NCBI GenBank assembly: GCA_029977785.1
Contig: JAPOKG010000001.1
Location: 97-64,096 of the forward strand
Length of the DNA: 64,000 nt
Direction of reading: 5' to 3'
Source: Actinomycetota bacterium
GTDB taxonomy: Bacteria; Actinomycetota; Actinomycetes; Nanopelagicales; Nanopelagicaceae
Shown: positions 1 through 9,252 of the stretch, one piece after another
Layout: every line of letters begins with the position of its first letter
How positions within the stretch are numbered: position 1 is the stretch's first letter
Notes under the pieces: generated by a model
What the model was told of the DNA's origin: nothing
Databases searched by the model: none
Seen by the model: only the letters and a program-made list of their open reading frames with translations
Made by a program: the position numbers and the translations under genes

Positions 1-655
1 TGTCATTTGTTGAAGTGCACCCGTCAGAATCAATGCGGTTATAGGTGCGATCAGCCACACGTGTGAAAATCTCTTGCGCGCTATCAGGCAATAACGCATC
101 GGTCATAACAACCGAGAGCATCGTGGCCAGAGCTGGAGCCAACATTCCAGCTCCCTTAGCGATACCTGCAAACTCAACGCCTTGGATTGAAACGGTCGCA
201 ACCTTCGGAACACTATCTGTAGTCATAATCGCGCGAGATACATCATCAAGTGAATCAGTTGTAAGGTTTGCTGCAATTGATTCAAGCCCGGCCAGAATCC
301 TCGGCATTGGCAAAAGTTCGCCAATCAGTCCGGTTGAACAGACGACTACTTCACCTGCTGAAACTCCTAGAAGTTCTCCGACCTTTTCTGCAGTCTTATG
401 AGTATCGGCAAATCCTTTGGGGCCGGTGCAGGCATTTGCACCACCTGAATTTAGGACCGCGGCACGAACTTGCCTTCCCTTCGTTACTTCACGAGACCAG
501 ATAACTGGAGCAGCAACGACTTTATTGGATGTATAAACGGCCGCTGCATCAAAGTGTGGCCCTAGATTCTCAATGATTGTGAGGTCGAGTGCACCTGTTG
601 ACTTAAGCCCTGCTGCAATAGCTGCGCCGCGAAAGCCCTTGGGTAGGGATTTCAT
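1..655 (-). CDS. argJ: Bifunctional glutamate N-acetyltransferase/ornithine acetyltransferase, 5' part (runs off the window edge)
   Basis: Manual translation from ATG at 655 (ATGA overlap with the argC stop): MKSLPKGFRGAAIAAGLKSTGALDL...GIAKGAGMLAPALATML...TYNRIDSDGCTSTND, which are ArgJ motifs. Absent from the ORF track because it is truncated. Confidence 0.93.
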   Translation of the reverse strand, partial: MKSLPKGFRGAAIAAGLKSTGALDLTIIENLGPHFDAAAVYTSNKVVAAPVIWSREVTKGRQVRAAVLNSGGANACTGPKGFADTHKTAEKVGELLGVSAGEVVVCSTGLIGELLPMPRILAGLESIAANLTTDSLDDVSRAIMTTDSVPKVATVSIQGVEFAGIAKGAGMLAPALATMLSVVMTDALLPDSAQEIFTRVADRTYNRIDSDGCTSTND

Positions 656-1671
656 ACTCCCAACCCATCAAAGGCAAGTCCTGCAGCCTCATCGAAACCA
701 CACATAAGGTTTGCATTCTGTATTGCCTGCGCCGCAGCGCCTTTTCCAAGGTTATCCAGTGCCACAGATACAACTAAACGAGAAGTGTGTCCATCGACTG
801 CTACCTGTATCTGCACATGATTTGAACCAGTAAGGGAAGCAGTCTTAGGCATACTTCCGACTGGAAGAACTGTCACGAATTGTGAATCTGCAAAGTATTT
901 TGTGTAGAGAGCGTGCACCTCTTCGGTAGACATCTTCTTCATCATCTTTGCTGTGATTGTTGCAAGGATTCCACGTGGCATCGGGGCGAGGATTGGCGTA
1001 AAGGAAATCTTCGCGGCAGTTCCCGAAAGCTTGGTCAACGCCTGTTCAATCTCAGGAGTATGTTGATGAACTCCCCCGAACTTGTAAGAGGTAAGCGATC
1101 CCGCAATTTCACTTGCAATCAGGTTGATTTTGGCACTTCTTCCCGCACCTGTTGTTCCAGAGGCGGCTACCACCACGACATCAGAGAGATCAGCGATTGA
1201 AGCTGCCGGTGCTGCACCCAATGCGATTGATGTTGCATAGCAACCTGGATTAGCTACCTTTATGGATTTTGAAATCAAAGATTTGAAAGGCTCAATATCG
1301 GCAAGGCCATATGTCCACACTCCGGCATAATCCCCACCGTAATACTTATTCCATTGCTCGGCGCTCTCTAATCTGTAGTCAGCCCCAAGATCAACAATCT
1401 TGGCGCTCGTCGGCAAGGTAGCGATAACTTTTGCTGATTCTCCATGAGGGAGGGCTAAGAAAATTAGATCACAATCTTTAAAATCTACGGCAGAGAATTC
1501 GTTAAATCGCTTTCCGGCATAGTTCTGCAAATGTGGGTGAACGGAAGTGATCTGCTCCCCCGCATTGGAGTGAGCTGTAATGGCAGTTACTTCGAAATGG
1601 GGATGGGATGCCAATAGACGCAGCAGTTCGCCCCCTGCATACCCGCTAGCTCCTACGACACCGATTTTCAT
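652..1671 (-). CDS. argC: N-acetyl-gamma-glutamyl-phosphate reductase
   Basis: GASGYAG Rossmann motif, ANPGCY catalytic motif, DNLGKGAA; upstream of argJ. Confidence 0.97.
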   Translation of the reverse strand: MKIGVVGASGYAGGELLRLLASHPHFEVTAITAHSNAGEQITSVHPHLQNYAGKRFNEFSAVDFKDCDLIFLALPHGESAKVIATLPTSAKIVDLGADYRLESAEQWNKYYGGDYAGVWTYGLADIEPFKSLISKSIKVANPGCYATSIALGAAPAASIADLSDVVVVAASGTTGAGRSAKINLIASEIAGSLTSYKFGGVHQHTPEIEQALTKLSGTAAKISFTPILAPMPRGILATITAKMMKKMSTEEVHALYTKYFADSQFVTVLPVGSMPKTASLTGSNHVQIQVAVDGHTSRLVVSVALDNLGKGAAAQAIQNANLMCGFDEAAGLAFDGLGV

Positions 1672-1680
1672 GGTCCCAGG

Positions 1681-1718
1681 ATAGCATATTTATGCACCAC
1701 TTTGCATATTTATGCAGT
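1681..1718. promoter_or_regulatory. Tandem ARG boxes (ArgR operator) over the argC promoter
   Basis: Two 18-bp imperfect palindromes atagcatatttatgcacc (1681-1698) and tttgcatatttatgcagt (1701-1718), 2-nt spacer, directly upstream of argC; -10-like TATCCT lies 6 nt before the ATG. Confidence 0.85.
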
Positions 1719-4166
1719 ACGGAGAATAGCTCCTGTGGCCTTGACTGCCGCAGCCACCGCCGCCTCGCGCATTTCGGTTACTTCTGCGCCAGTCAGAGTT
1801 CGATCCGGAGCGCGGAAAACTAGCGAGAATGCGAGTGAGATCTTTCCATCGCCTAGCTTGTCGTAGCGATCAAAGAGGGTAATTGACTCTAGGAGTTCAC
1901 CCGCACCTGCACGCAAAGCGCTCTCAACCTGAGAAGCGCTCACATCAGAGTTGACGATAAGTGCAACATCCTGAAGAGCTGCTGGCATAGTTCCTACTCT
2001 TGTTGGTCGGACAAGGGCTGAATCTGGAAGAGCGCTTAAGCCCACCGCAAATGCGACAGAGCGTTCAGGTAGTCCGTACTTGGCCACAATTCGCGGATGT
2101 AGCTCACCTGCATGAGCTACAGCCTTTCCATCAACAACCAGTTCAGCACATCGCCCTGGATGCCAAGGTGCGAAGTCAGAGCGCTTGATTGTCCAATCAA
2201 GGTTGCAGAGCTGCAAAATATCTTGTGCAAATGCGATTGCATCCTGCCAGTTGTAGTCACGGGCTTTGCCTTGCCAATCTTCGTTCTCAACTTTGCCAAC
2301 CAGGAGCCCTGCTACGTGATAGGCCTGAGGTGGAACGCTGGCAAAGATCTCATCAATCACCTTCTGAGTAGGTCTTTTAGATAAATCAGGAGAGATAAAA
2401 GGAACTAGCTTCTGTGAGCTACGGAAGATTGAACCCATCTCGAAGATTGCGAAGTCTTTTGCGCCACGGCTGATGTTGCGCTGCGCAACTTCAATCAACC
2501 CTGGAACGAGATGAACTCGCATCAGTGGAAACTCTTCAGACATTGGATTCGCGATTCGGTAGGTCGCAGCGCGTTCGCCCACAAACCCCATGAAATCAAT
2601 AGTCTCTTGATTCGTGAATGGGAAAGTCTGAACTTCAGCGAGGCCGCGGCTTGCCAACATCGCACTTATCGCGCGGCGGCGCTTCTGGGTTGGGGTAAGT
2701 GATGCATGCTTTGGACGAGGAGGCAAAACCGATGGAATCTTGTCATAGCCAATCATGCGAGCGACTTCTTCGGTGAAATCTGCCTGAGTCAAAAGATCTG
2801 ATCGCCAAGCAGGAGGATCCACCTCGAAAGTCTTCTCATTCACGTCACAGCCGATAGTTCGCAGAACCGCTGCAATCTTCGCTGGCGAAATTTCTATCCC
2901 TAGTATTCGAGATATGTAAGTAGGGTCAACCTTTACGATCGGAGAAAATCGAGGCTTCCCATCAACGATAGTTGCGACATGTTTTGCGGAACTGTTCTCG
3001 GTCAATAGCTGTACAAAGCGTGCAGAAGCGAACTCTGCAAGAGATGGGTCAACGCCGCGCTCTAGCCGGCGAGATGCTTCTGATGACAATTTATGGCGAC
3101 GTGAATTCCTAGCGACGCAGACCGGATCAAAGCGCACTGCCTCAAGTGCGATATCAGTTGTCGTCTCAGAGATTTCAGATGAAGCGCCACCCATCGTTCC
3201 GGCTAGCGCAAGAGGTTGCTCGTCATCACAGACCATGAGGTCATCTGGATCAAGTTGGCGTATTTGACCGTCGAGAGTTGTGAATGGTTGCGCCTTACCT
3301 GCGCGCTTAATGGTGAGCCCACCTTTGATCTTTGACTTATCGAAAGCATGGAGTGGTTGGCCAAGTTCGAGCATGACGTAGTTGGTGACATCAACCACGA
3401 GAGAGATTGAGCGCATCCCCATCTTTTCAATGCGGCGGCGCATCCAGAGCGGAGTAGTTGCAGATGGATCAAAATTTGAGAGGGTACGAAGGTAAAAGAC
3501 TGATGCCGTTGTTGGGTCAGCTATCTTTGCAGGAACACCCTTACCGGTATCGGCAAATGTCAGACCGCGCAGCGCATCAACTGGATCCTTAAAGGGTAGA
3601 CCAAGTGAACCTGCCACCTCTCGCGCGATACCGCGAATACTGAGGGCATAGCCTCGATCAGGGTTTACTGCGATATCGAAGATGACATCGTTGATCATCA
3701 ATCCAGTGATTGCATCGTCACCAATCTTTACTGTGCCTTCGGCAAAGGTCATAATTCCTGAGTGATCATCTCCTAACCCGAGCTCGCGGGCAGAGCAGAT
3801 CATTCCGTTAGATGTCTTGCCATAAGTTTCGCGCGCACCGATAGCAAAATCCCCTGGCAATACAGCACCTGGAAGCGCCGCCACAATCAGGTCGCCGACG
3901 ACAAAGTTAGTGGCGCCACAAATGACATACCTTGTCTCTTTCTCGCCACAATCGAGCCCAACGTAACGCACAGGTTTCTTAAACTCAGTGAGCTCTTCGA
4001 TGCTCAGAACTTTTGCGAATACGAGAGGGCCAGTTAGGTCGGCACCCTGCTTAATGATCTCTTCGACTTCGAAACCCACACGGATAAGCGCATCAGAAAT
4101 CTCTTCTGCAGTAATTGCTGAAGGAATCTCAACGAATTCTTGAATCCACGATAAAGGTGCGCGCAT
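1710..4166 (-). CDS. pheT: Phenylalanine--tRNA ligase beta subunit
   Basis: 818 aa; tRNA-binding OB domain (VICGATN, GMICSAREL), NYVMLELGQPLHAFD, C-terminal FDX-ACB domain; follows pheS. Confidence 0.97.
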   Translation of the reverse strand: MRAPLSWIQEFVEIPSAITAEEISDALIRVGFEVEEIIKQGADLTGPLVFAKVLSIEELTEFKKPVRYVGLDCGEKETRYVICGATNFVVGDLIVAALPGAVLPGDFAIGARETYGKTSNGMICSARELGLGDDHSGIMTFAEGTVKIGDDAITGLMINDVIFDIAVNPDRGYALSIRGIAREVAGSLGLPFKDPVDALRGLTFADTGKGVPAKIADPTTASVFYLRTLSNFDPSATTPLWMRRRIEKMGMRSISLVVDVTNYVMLELGQPLHAFDKSKIKGGLTIKRAGKAQPFTTLDGQIRQLDPDDLMVCDDEQPLALAGTMGGASSEISETTTDIALEAVRFDPVCVARNSRRHKLSSEASRRLERGVDPSLAEFASARFVQLLTENSSAKHVATIVDGKPRFSPIVKVDPTYISRILGIEISPAKIAAVLRTIGCDVNEKTFEVDPPAWRSDLLTQADFTEEVARMIGYDKIPSVLPPRPKHASLTPTQKRRRAISAMLASRGLAEVQTFPFTNQETIDFMGFVGERAATYRIANPMSEEFPLMRVHLVPGLIEVAQRNISRGAKDFAIFEMGSIFRSSQKLVPFISPDLSKRPTQKVIDEIFASVPPQAYHVAGLLVGKVENEDWQGKARDYNWQDAIAFAQDILQLCNLDWTIKRSDFAPWHPGRCAELVVDGKAVAHAGELHPRIVAKYGLPERSVAFAVGLSALPDSALVRPTRVGTMPAALQDVALIVNSDVSASQVESALRAGAGELLESITLFDRYDKLGDGKISLAFSLVFRAPDRTLTGAEVTEMREAAVAAAVKATGAILRTA

Positions 4167-5174
4167 TTAGAGCCCTACTCCAAACTGGCGAGTGAAACGA
4201 AGATCGCCTTCGACAATGTCGTGCATATCCGTAATTCCGTGGCGAACCATCAAGGTGCGTTCAAGGCCCATGCCAAATGCAAAGCCTGTGTAAATATCGG
4301 TATCGATCCCACAGGTGGTAAGAACTCTGGGATTGACCATGCCGCAACCGCCCCATTCGATCCAGCGACCATTGAAGAAGATATCTACTTCAGCGCTCGG
4401 TTCGGTAAATGGGAAGAACGAAGGGCGAAGTCGAGTAACAACATCAGGCCCAAACATGTGACGCGCGAAGTTATCGAGCGTTCCTTTCAGATGAGCCATC
4501 GTGATGCCCTTGTCGATAACGAGACCTTCAACTTGATGGAAGACAGGGCTATGTGTGGCATCGAGTTCATCAGCGCGGAAGGTGCGTCCTGGGCAGATCA
4601 TGTAAATAGGGGGCTCTTGCGTCAGCATCGAACGAATCTGTACCGGTGAAGTCTGTGTGCGAAGAACTACACCTGATTCGATAGGTTCGATAAAGAAAGT
4701 ATCTTGCATGGTTCGTGCAGGGTGATCTGCTGGAATATTGAGAGCGTCAAAGTTGAGCCAACCTGATTCAAGCTCTGGCCCTTCTTCAACTGCATATCCC
4801 TGTTCGATAAAAAAGTCAGAGATCTCGTTCTTAATAATTGTTATTGGGTGTAGCCCCCCGCGGTGGCGTCGAGATACTGGCAGGGTAATGTCGACTACCT
4901 CTTCGAGAAGTACCTTTGCATCTCGTTCGGCTTCTAACTTCTCGGTAGCAACAGCCAGCGCCTTAGCAATCTCAGCCTTGGCATCGCCTATAAGTTTTCC
5001 AACGGATGCTTTCTCATCGGGTGCAAGTGAGCCAAGGGCGCGGCTGGCAAGAGAGATAGGAGCTTTATCTCCAGTGTGTGCAAGGCGTGCAACTTTGAGA
5101 GTTTCAAGATCATTTGCGGCAGAGAAAGCCTTCTGCGCATCGCTTATCCACGATGCAATATCTGCCGGATTCAT
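4167..5174 (-). CDS. pheS: Phenylalanine--tRNA ligase alpha subunit
   Basis: HPARTMQDTF, FHQVEGL, FPFTEPSAE, GFAFGMGLER motifs. Confidence 0.98.
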   Translation of the reverse strand: MNPADIASWISDAQKAFSAANDLETLKVARLAHTGDKAPISLASRALGSLAPDEKASVGKLIGDAKAEIAKALAVATEKLEAERDAKVLLEEVVDITLPVSRRHRGGLHPITIIKNEISDFFIEQGYAVEEGPELESGWLNFDALNIPADHPARTMQDTFFIEPIESGVVLRTQTSPVQIRSMLTQEPPIYMICPGRTFRADELDATHSPVFHQVEGLVIDKGITMAHLKGTLDNFARHMFGPDVVTRLRPSFFPFTEPSAEVDIFFNGRWIEWGGCGMVNPRVLTTCGIDTDIYTGFAFGMGLERTLMVRHGITDMHDIVEGDLRFTRQFGVGL

Positions 5175-5184
5175 GGCGCTAATT

Positions 5185-5970
5185 CTAACCTGCGACCTTT
5201 GAAGAAAGCGTGAACATTACGATAGAGGCGGCGGCCGATAAGTTCAGACTCTCGGCTCGTCCTGCCATAGGAATTGTTACTTCGGTAACTGCTGCGCCAA
5301 GTGCTGCGGCATCTACTCCCCTGGCCTCATTGCCAAAGATTGCAATGCAATCACCCGAAATTGAGAGATCGAGAATTGAGGTTTTTGCATGAGATGAAAG
5401 GAGTAACTTTTGAGCAGCAGGGAATTGAGAGGCAACACGGTCGAAAGAGATGCCTTCGTATACCGGGACGTTCCATAACGAACCTGCTGTAGAACGAACT
5501 ACTTTTGGAGAATACATATCAACAGAATCTGGTGAAGTAATCACAGCTGAGATTCCCATCGCATCAGCTGTGCGAAGAATTGTTCCAGCATTACCGGGAT
5601 CTTGAATCTCGTGAAGATAGATGAATCGTGAAGAGCCTGTCGCCTTTAGCTCTGAAATATCTAACTCAGGTTTGTAGCAGAGTGAGATGAGCCCCTGCGG
5701 TGAGACGGTATCTGACATAGCTTTCATGACAGCCTCAGATACTTCGACTATCTCAATTGAATTGAGATCGAGTTCAGAGATCTTTGAGAGACCGCTTTCG
5801 GTTGCATAGAGAATTTTTAGTTCCGGGCCTTCGTGGGAAGCAAGGGCTTCTCGAGCACATTGAACGCCTTCGGCAACGAAGAGACCTTGTTCTCGTCTTT
5901 CCTTTGCCCCTTTAGAGCCAATAAGAGCCTTCACTCGCCCAATATGCGGCGAGTGAAGGCTCTCAATCAT
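5185..5970 (-). CDS. TrmH/SpoU-family RNA methyltransferase
   Basis: SPOUT motifs IQDPGNAGTILRTA, FGNEARG, IPMAGRAESLNLS; usual position between rplT and pheS. Confidence 0.92.
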   Translation of the reverse strand: MIESLHSPHIGRVKALIGSKGAKERREQGLFVAEGVQCAREALASHEGPELKILYATESGLSKISELDLNSIEIVEVSEAVMKAMSDTVSPQGLISLCYKPELDISELKATGSSRFIYLHEIQDPGNAGTILRTADAMGISAVITSPDSVDMYSPKVVRSTAGSLWNVPVYEGISFDRVASQFPAAQKLLLSSHAKTSILDLSISGDCIAIFGNEARGVDAAALGAAVTEVTIPMAGRAESLNLSAAASIVMFTLSSKVAG

Positions 5971-5983
5971 TGATATCTATTAC

Positions 5984-6343
5984 TTATGCTGCTGGAAGGT
6001 TCTTACGTGAAACATCCACGAGAACCTTAAATGCAGCTGGATCGTTGGTTGCGATATCTGAAAGAACGCGACGATCGATCTCAAGACCAGATGCCTTGAG
6101 GCCCTGGATGAAACGGTTATATGTCATTCCATTTTCGCGCGCTGCAGCGTTGATACGCTGAATCCAGAGCTGACGGAAATCGCCCTTCTTATCTTTACGA
6201 TCGTTGAAGGCATAAACCATTGAGTGCGTAACTTGCTCCTTCGCCTTTGTGAAAAGACGTGAACGTTGTCCGCGATATCCGCTGGCACGTTCTAAAGTTG
6301 TGCGACGCTTCTTTGCTGCGTGTACTCCGCGCTTGACTCTCAT
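5984..6343 (-). CDS. rplT: 50S ribosomal protein L20
   Basis: MRVKRG...GYRGQRSR...[14 protein letters not shown]. Confidence 0.98.
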   Translation of the reverse strand: MRVKRGVHAAKKRRTTLERASGYRGQRSRLFTKAKEQVTHSMVYAFNDRKDKKGDFRQLWIQRINAAARENGMTYNRFIQGLKASGLEIDRRVLSDIATNDPAAFKVLVDVSRKNLPAA

Positions 6344-6357
6344 TTAGTCACGCTCCC

Positions 6358-6555
6358 TTACTTCAAACCAAGCATGCGCTTGGCTGTCATTGTGACGGTT
6401 GACTTTGCTGATGACTCTTGGCTCAAACGACGAGTAACGCGTGATGACTTGTGCTCCAAAAGGTGGCGCTTGCCTGCACGCTCGTGCATGATCTTTCCGG
6501 TACCTGTGACGCGGAAGGTCTTCTTCGCACCACTGTGGGTTTTCATCTTTGGCAT
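6358..6555 (-). CDS. rpmI: 50S ribosomal protein L35
   Basis: [21 protein letters not shown]. Confidence 0.98.
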   Translation of the reverse strand: MPKMKTHSGAKKTFRVTGTGKIMHERAGKRHLLEHKSSRVTRRLSQESSAKSTVTMTAKRMLGLK

Positions 6556-6597
6556 TTATCTTCTCCTGTTACTTCGTCGTTGTGAAAATCTCTAAAA

Positions 6598-7188
6598 CTA
6601 TTGTGCGGCTGCTTCTTCTTCAGCAGCCTTCACTTTGGCAGCTCGCGCCGCCTTCTGCTCTGCTACCGCTTCGGTCTTCTTCTTCGTTGGCCCTAGGACC
6701 ATCGTCATCTGTCGACCTTCTTGCTTAGGAGCGAACTCCACGAATGCAATCTCTTTTACATCTTCTGCAAGACGTTGTAAGAGTTTGTACCCGAGCTCTG
6801 GACGTGTTTGTTCACGGCCGCGGAACTTCATCGTTATCTTCACCTTGTCTCCACCTTTGAGGAACTTCTCGACTGCAGAACGCTTGGTTTCGTAGTCGTG
6901 ATTTTCGATTTTCGGTGTCAATCGCACTTCCTTCACCACAATGTGGGTCTGGTTCTGACGCGCTTCGCGAGCTTTCTGTGCTTCCTGGTACTTGTACTTG
7001 CCGAAGTCCATAATCTTGCACACTGGTGGATTTGCATCAGGTGCGATCTCAACGAGATCGAGTCCGATTTCATCTGCCATTGCTAGCGCTGCTTCGATAT
7101 CTACAACTCCAACTTGTTCACCGGTGTAATTGATGAGACGAATCTGGGGTGTGCGGATACGGTCGTTGATGCGCGGTTCTGTTGTGAT
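6598..7188 (-). CDS. infC: Translation initiation factor IF-3 (probable non-canonical ATC start at 7188; the ORF track extends it to 7242)
   Basis: [42 protein letters not shown]; SD AGGAG (7194-7198) lies 5 nt before an in-frame ATC. Confidence 0.95.
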   Translation of the reverse strand: MTTEPRINDRIRTPQIRLINYTGEQVGVVDIEAALAMADEIGLDLVEIAPDANPPVCKIMDFGKYKYQEAQKAREARQNQTHIVVKEVRLTPKIENHDYETKRSAVEKFLKGGDKVKITMKFRGREQTRPELGYKLLQRLAEDVKEIAFVEFAPKQEGRQMTMVLGPTKKKTEAVAEQKAARAAKVKAAEEEAAAQ

Positions 7189-7369
7189 TTCTGCTCCTAT
7201 GTTCGGTTCTTGAGTATCCAAGTCGCTACAAAAAGCGCGCACCGCATAGAGAGAGTAAAACTCGAATCAGTTTTACTACCGACTAACCAATCCGCCGAAG
7301 CGAAAGAGGTGGGAGCGGTGAGCTCCTCTTGCAGCAGCCTGGGCTACTGGTCTGGCGTAAGGATACCTG
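7189..7369 (-). promoter_or_regulatory. infC-rpmI-rplT promoter and long structured 5' leader
   Basis: -10-like TATCCT (in caggtatcctta, 7358-7369), followed by about 165 nt containing several hairpins (AAGAGG/CCUCUU, a UUCG-capped stem, AGUAAAACU/AGUUUUACU). Confidence 0.55.
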
Positions 7370-7398
7370 TGAGGGGGTTAAATCAAAAATCCGGGTAT

Positions 7399-7485
7399 TT
7401 ATGCGCCCATTCCATACGGGGCGATAACTCTAGTTATGCGCCCATTCCATACGGGGCGATAACTCTAGTTATGCGCCCATTCCAT
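7399..7485. repeat. Tandem repeat, 35-bp unit x2.5, containing the last 17 bp of fabI
   Basis: ttatgcgcccattccatacggggcgataactctag at 7399-7433 and 7434-7468, plus ttatgcgcccattccat at 7469-7485. Confidence 0.95.
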
Positions 7486-8236
7486 GTAGTCCGCCATCTA
7501 CATGGATGATCTCAGCCGTTGTCTTTGGGAACCAATCACTCAAGAGCGCAACTGCCGCCTTTGCTGCAGGCACCGGATCGGTCACATCCCACTCAAGAGG
7601 ACTGCGTTCATTCCAAACCTTTTCAAATTCATCAAAACCTGGAATGGATTTTGCGGCCATAGTTCTAATAGGACCTGCTGCAACTAAGTTGATTCGTACA
7701 TTTTCGCTTCCTAAATCACGTGCCAGATATCGCGATGTGGATTCAAGAGCAGCTTTTGCAACTCCCATCCAGTCGTACTTAGGCCAGGCCACCTGTGCAT
7801 CGAAATCTAGCCCAACAATTGATGCTCCACCTTTAAAGGTTGGTCGGCATGCCATGGCAAGTGATTTCAGAGAATATGCAGAAACATGAACCGCTGTAGC
7901 AACATCTTCCCAGGAAGTATTGAGAAAGTTTCCGCCCAAAGCCGCCTCAGGCGCAAAGCCAATTGAATGAACTACTCCATCAAGATGAGGGACATGCTTT
8001 GCTACTTCACTGGCCAACCCATCGAGATGCTCTTGGTTAGTGACATCAAGTTCGATGATGGGCGCTGCTTGAGGAAGCCGACCAGCAATGCGAGTAGTCA
8101 AACTAAGTGCGCGACCGAACCCAGTTAAAAGAACTGTTGCGCCTTCTTCTTGTGCAATCTTGGCAATATGAAAAGCTATTGACCCATCAGTGAGTACACC
8201 TGTAACGAGAATATTTTTTCCTTGCAGAATCCCCAT
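7469..8236 (-). CDS. fabI: Enoyl-ACP reductase (InhA/FabI type)
   Basis: LDGVVHSIGFAP, YDWMGVAKAALES, NLVAAGPIRT: InhA-like; downstream of fabG. Confidence 0.95.
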   Translation of the reverse strand: MGILQGKNILVTGVLTDGSIAFHIAKIAQEEGATVLLTGFGRALSLTTRIAGRLPQAAPIIELDVTNQEHLDGLASEVAKHVPHLDGVVHSIGFAPEAALGGNFLNTSWEDVATAVHVSAYSLKSLAMACRPTFKGGASIVGLDFDAQVAWPKYDWMGVAKAALESTSRYLARDLGSENVRINLVAAGPIRTMAAKSIPGFDEFEKVWNERSPLEWDVTDPVPAAKAAVALLSDWFPKTTAEIIHVDGGLHGMGA

Positions 8237-8238
8237 AG

Positions 8239-8952
8239 TTAATGCCCCATTCCTAATCCACCATCGACCGGAATAATCGCCCCGGTGATATAGCTAGCCT
8301 TATTCGATGCAATGAACGAAACTACTTCTGCAATTTCTTCGGCAGAACAGAAACGTCCAAGTGGAACCTGAGCTGCGATATCGCTCCGGCGTTTCTCATC
8401 AAGGGATGCCGTCATATCCGTTTCTACAAATCCAGGCGCAACTACATTTGCAGTAATTCCACGGCTGCCAAGTTCGCGGGCAAACGATCGCGCCATCCCA
8501 ACCAGGCCAGATTTAGATGCTGAGTAATTCACTTGTCCAGCTGCGCCCACAGAGCCCACAACAGAACCGACAAATATCAGGCGGCCACGCTTCAGTTTGA
8601 GTAAACCCTTCGTGGCACGCTTTGCAACGCGGAAAGCTCCGGTGAGATTGGCGTCTATCACGCTCTCAAAATCTTCATCAGACATACGCATCACTAATGT
8701 GTCTTTGGTAATTCCGGCATTTGCCACGATGATTTCGGGTTGACCTATCTCGCTTTCAATTTTGGAGAAAGCGGCTTCAACGCTCTGCCCATCTGTGACA
8801 TCCATCTGTACGGCGTCAAAACCTTCAGGTGGCGTGCCACTGCGAAAAGTGATGACGACTCGATGACCTTCTGATTTCAAGGAGCGAGCTATCGCCAAAC
8901 CGATGCCACGGTTTCCACCTGTAACTAGTGCGATGGAAGTCGAGTCGCTCAT
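8239..8952 (-). CDS. fabG: 3-oxoacyl-ACP reductase
   Basis: SDR motifs TGGNRGIG, NAGITKD, NYSASK, VAPGFVETDM; paired with fabI. Confidence 0.93.
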   Translation of the reverse strand: MSDSTSIALVTGGNRGIGLAIARSLKSEGHRVVITFRSGTPPEGFDAVQMDVTDGQSVEAAFSKIESEIGQPEIIVANAGITKDTLVMRMSDEDFESVIDANLTGAFRVAKRATKGLLKLKRGRLIFVGSVVGSVGAAGQVNYSASKSGLVGMARSFARELGSRGITANVVAPGFVETDMTASLDEKRRSDIAAQVPLGRFCSAEEIAEVVSFIASNKASYITGAIIPVDGGLGMGH

Positions 8953-8979
8953 GAGAGAAAACTACCCTACTGTTGCTCC
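8953..8979. promoter_or_regulatory. Back-to-back leaderless-type promoters for fabG and the DUF3099 gene
   Basis: 27-bp spacer: minus strand TAGTTT-6nt-ATG; plus strand TACTGT-6nt-ATG; no SD on either side. Confidence 0.6.
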
Positions 8980-9252
8980 ATGGCTAAAGAAGATGACGTT
9001 TTCGACATCACGAGTGCGCCTAAAGGTTTATCTACTGATCAGTCGGCTCGTCAGCGTCGCTATTTCATCTCAATGATGATTCGCACCGCCTGTTTTATCC
9101 TCACCGTCGTTCTTCCCAGCCCATATCGTTGGTTCGCACTTCTTGGCGCGGTTACTCTCCCGTACATAGCAGTTGTCGTTGCCAATGCGGGTCGTGAGAC
9201 AGTGATTCCGGGGGCCGCGATTTTGAAGAAGAGGCCGCGAGGAATTGAGTAA
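8980..9252 (+). CDS. DUF3099-family small membrane protein
   Basis: ITSA...RQRRYFISMMIRTACF...LPYIAVVVANAG pattern; conserved actinobacterial position divergent from fabG. Confidence 0.85.
   Translation: MAKEDDVFDITSAPKGLSTDQSARQRRYFISMMIRTACFILTVVLPSPYRWFALLGAVTLPYIAVVVANAGRETVIPGAAILKKRPRGIE

Noticed and set aside
7399-7485. Possible mini-CRISPR array (17-bp repeats with 18-bp spacers)
   Set aside because: The spacers are identical, the repeat is the end of the fabI coding sequence, the sizes are too small and there are no cas genes. It is a tandem duplication.
7114-7509. 131-aa plus-strand ORF crossing the infC leader and the tandem repeat
   Set aside because: Antisense to infC and its structured leader; no protein-like features; the repeat unit (35 bp) is not a multiple of 3.
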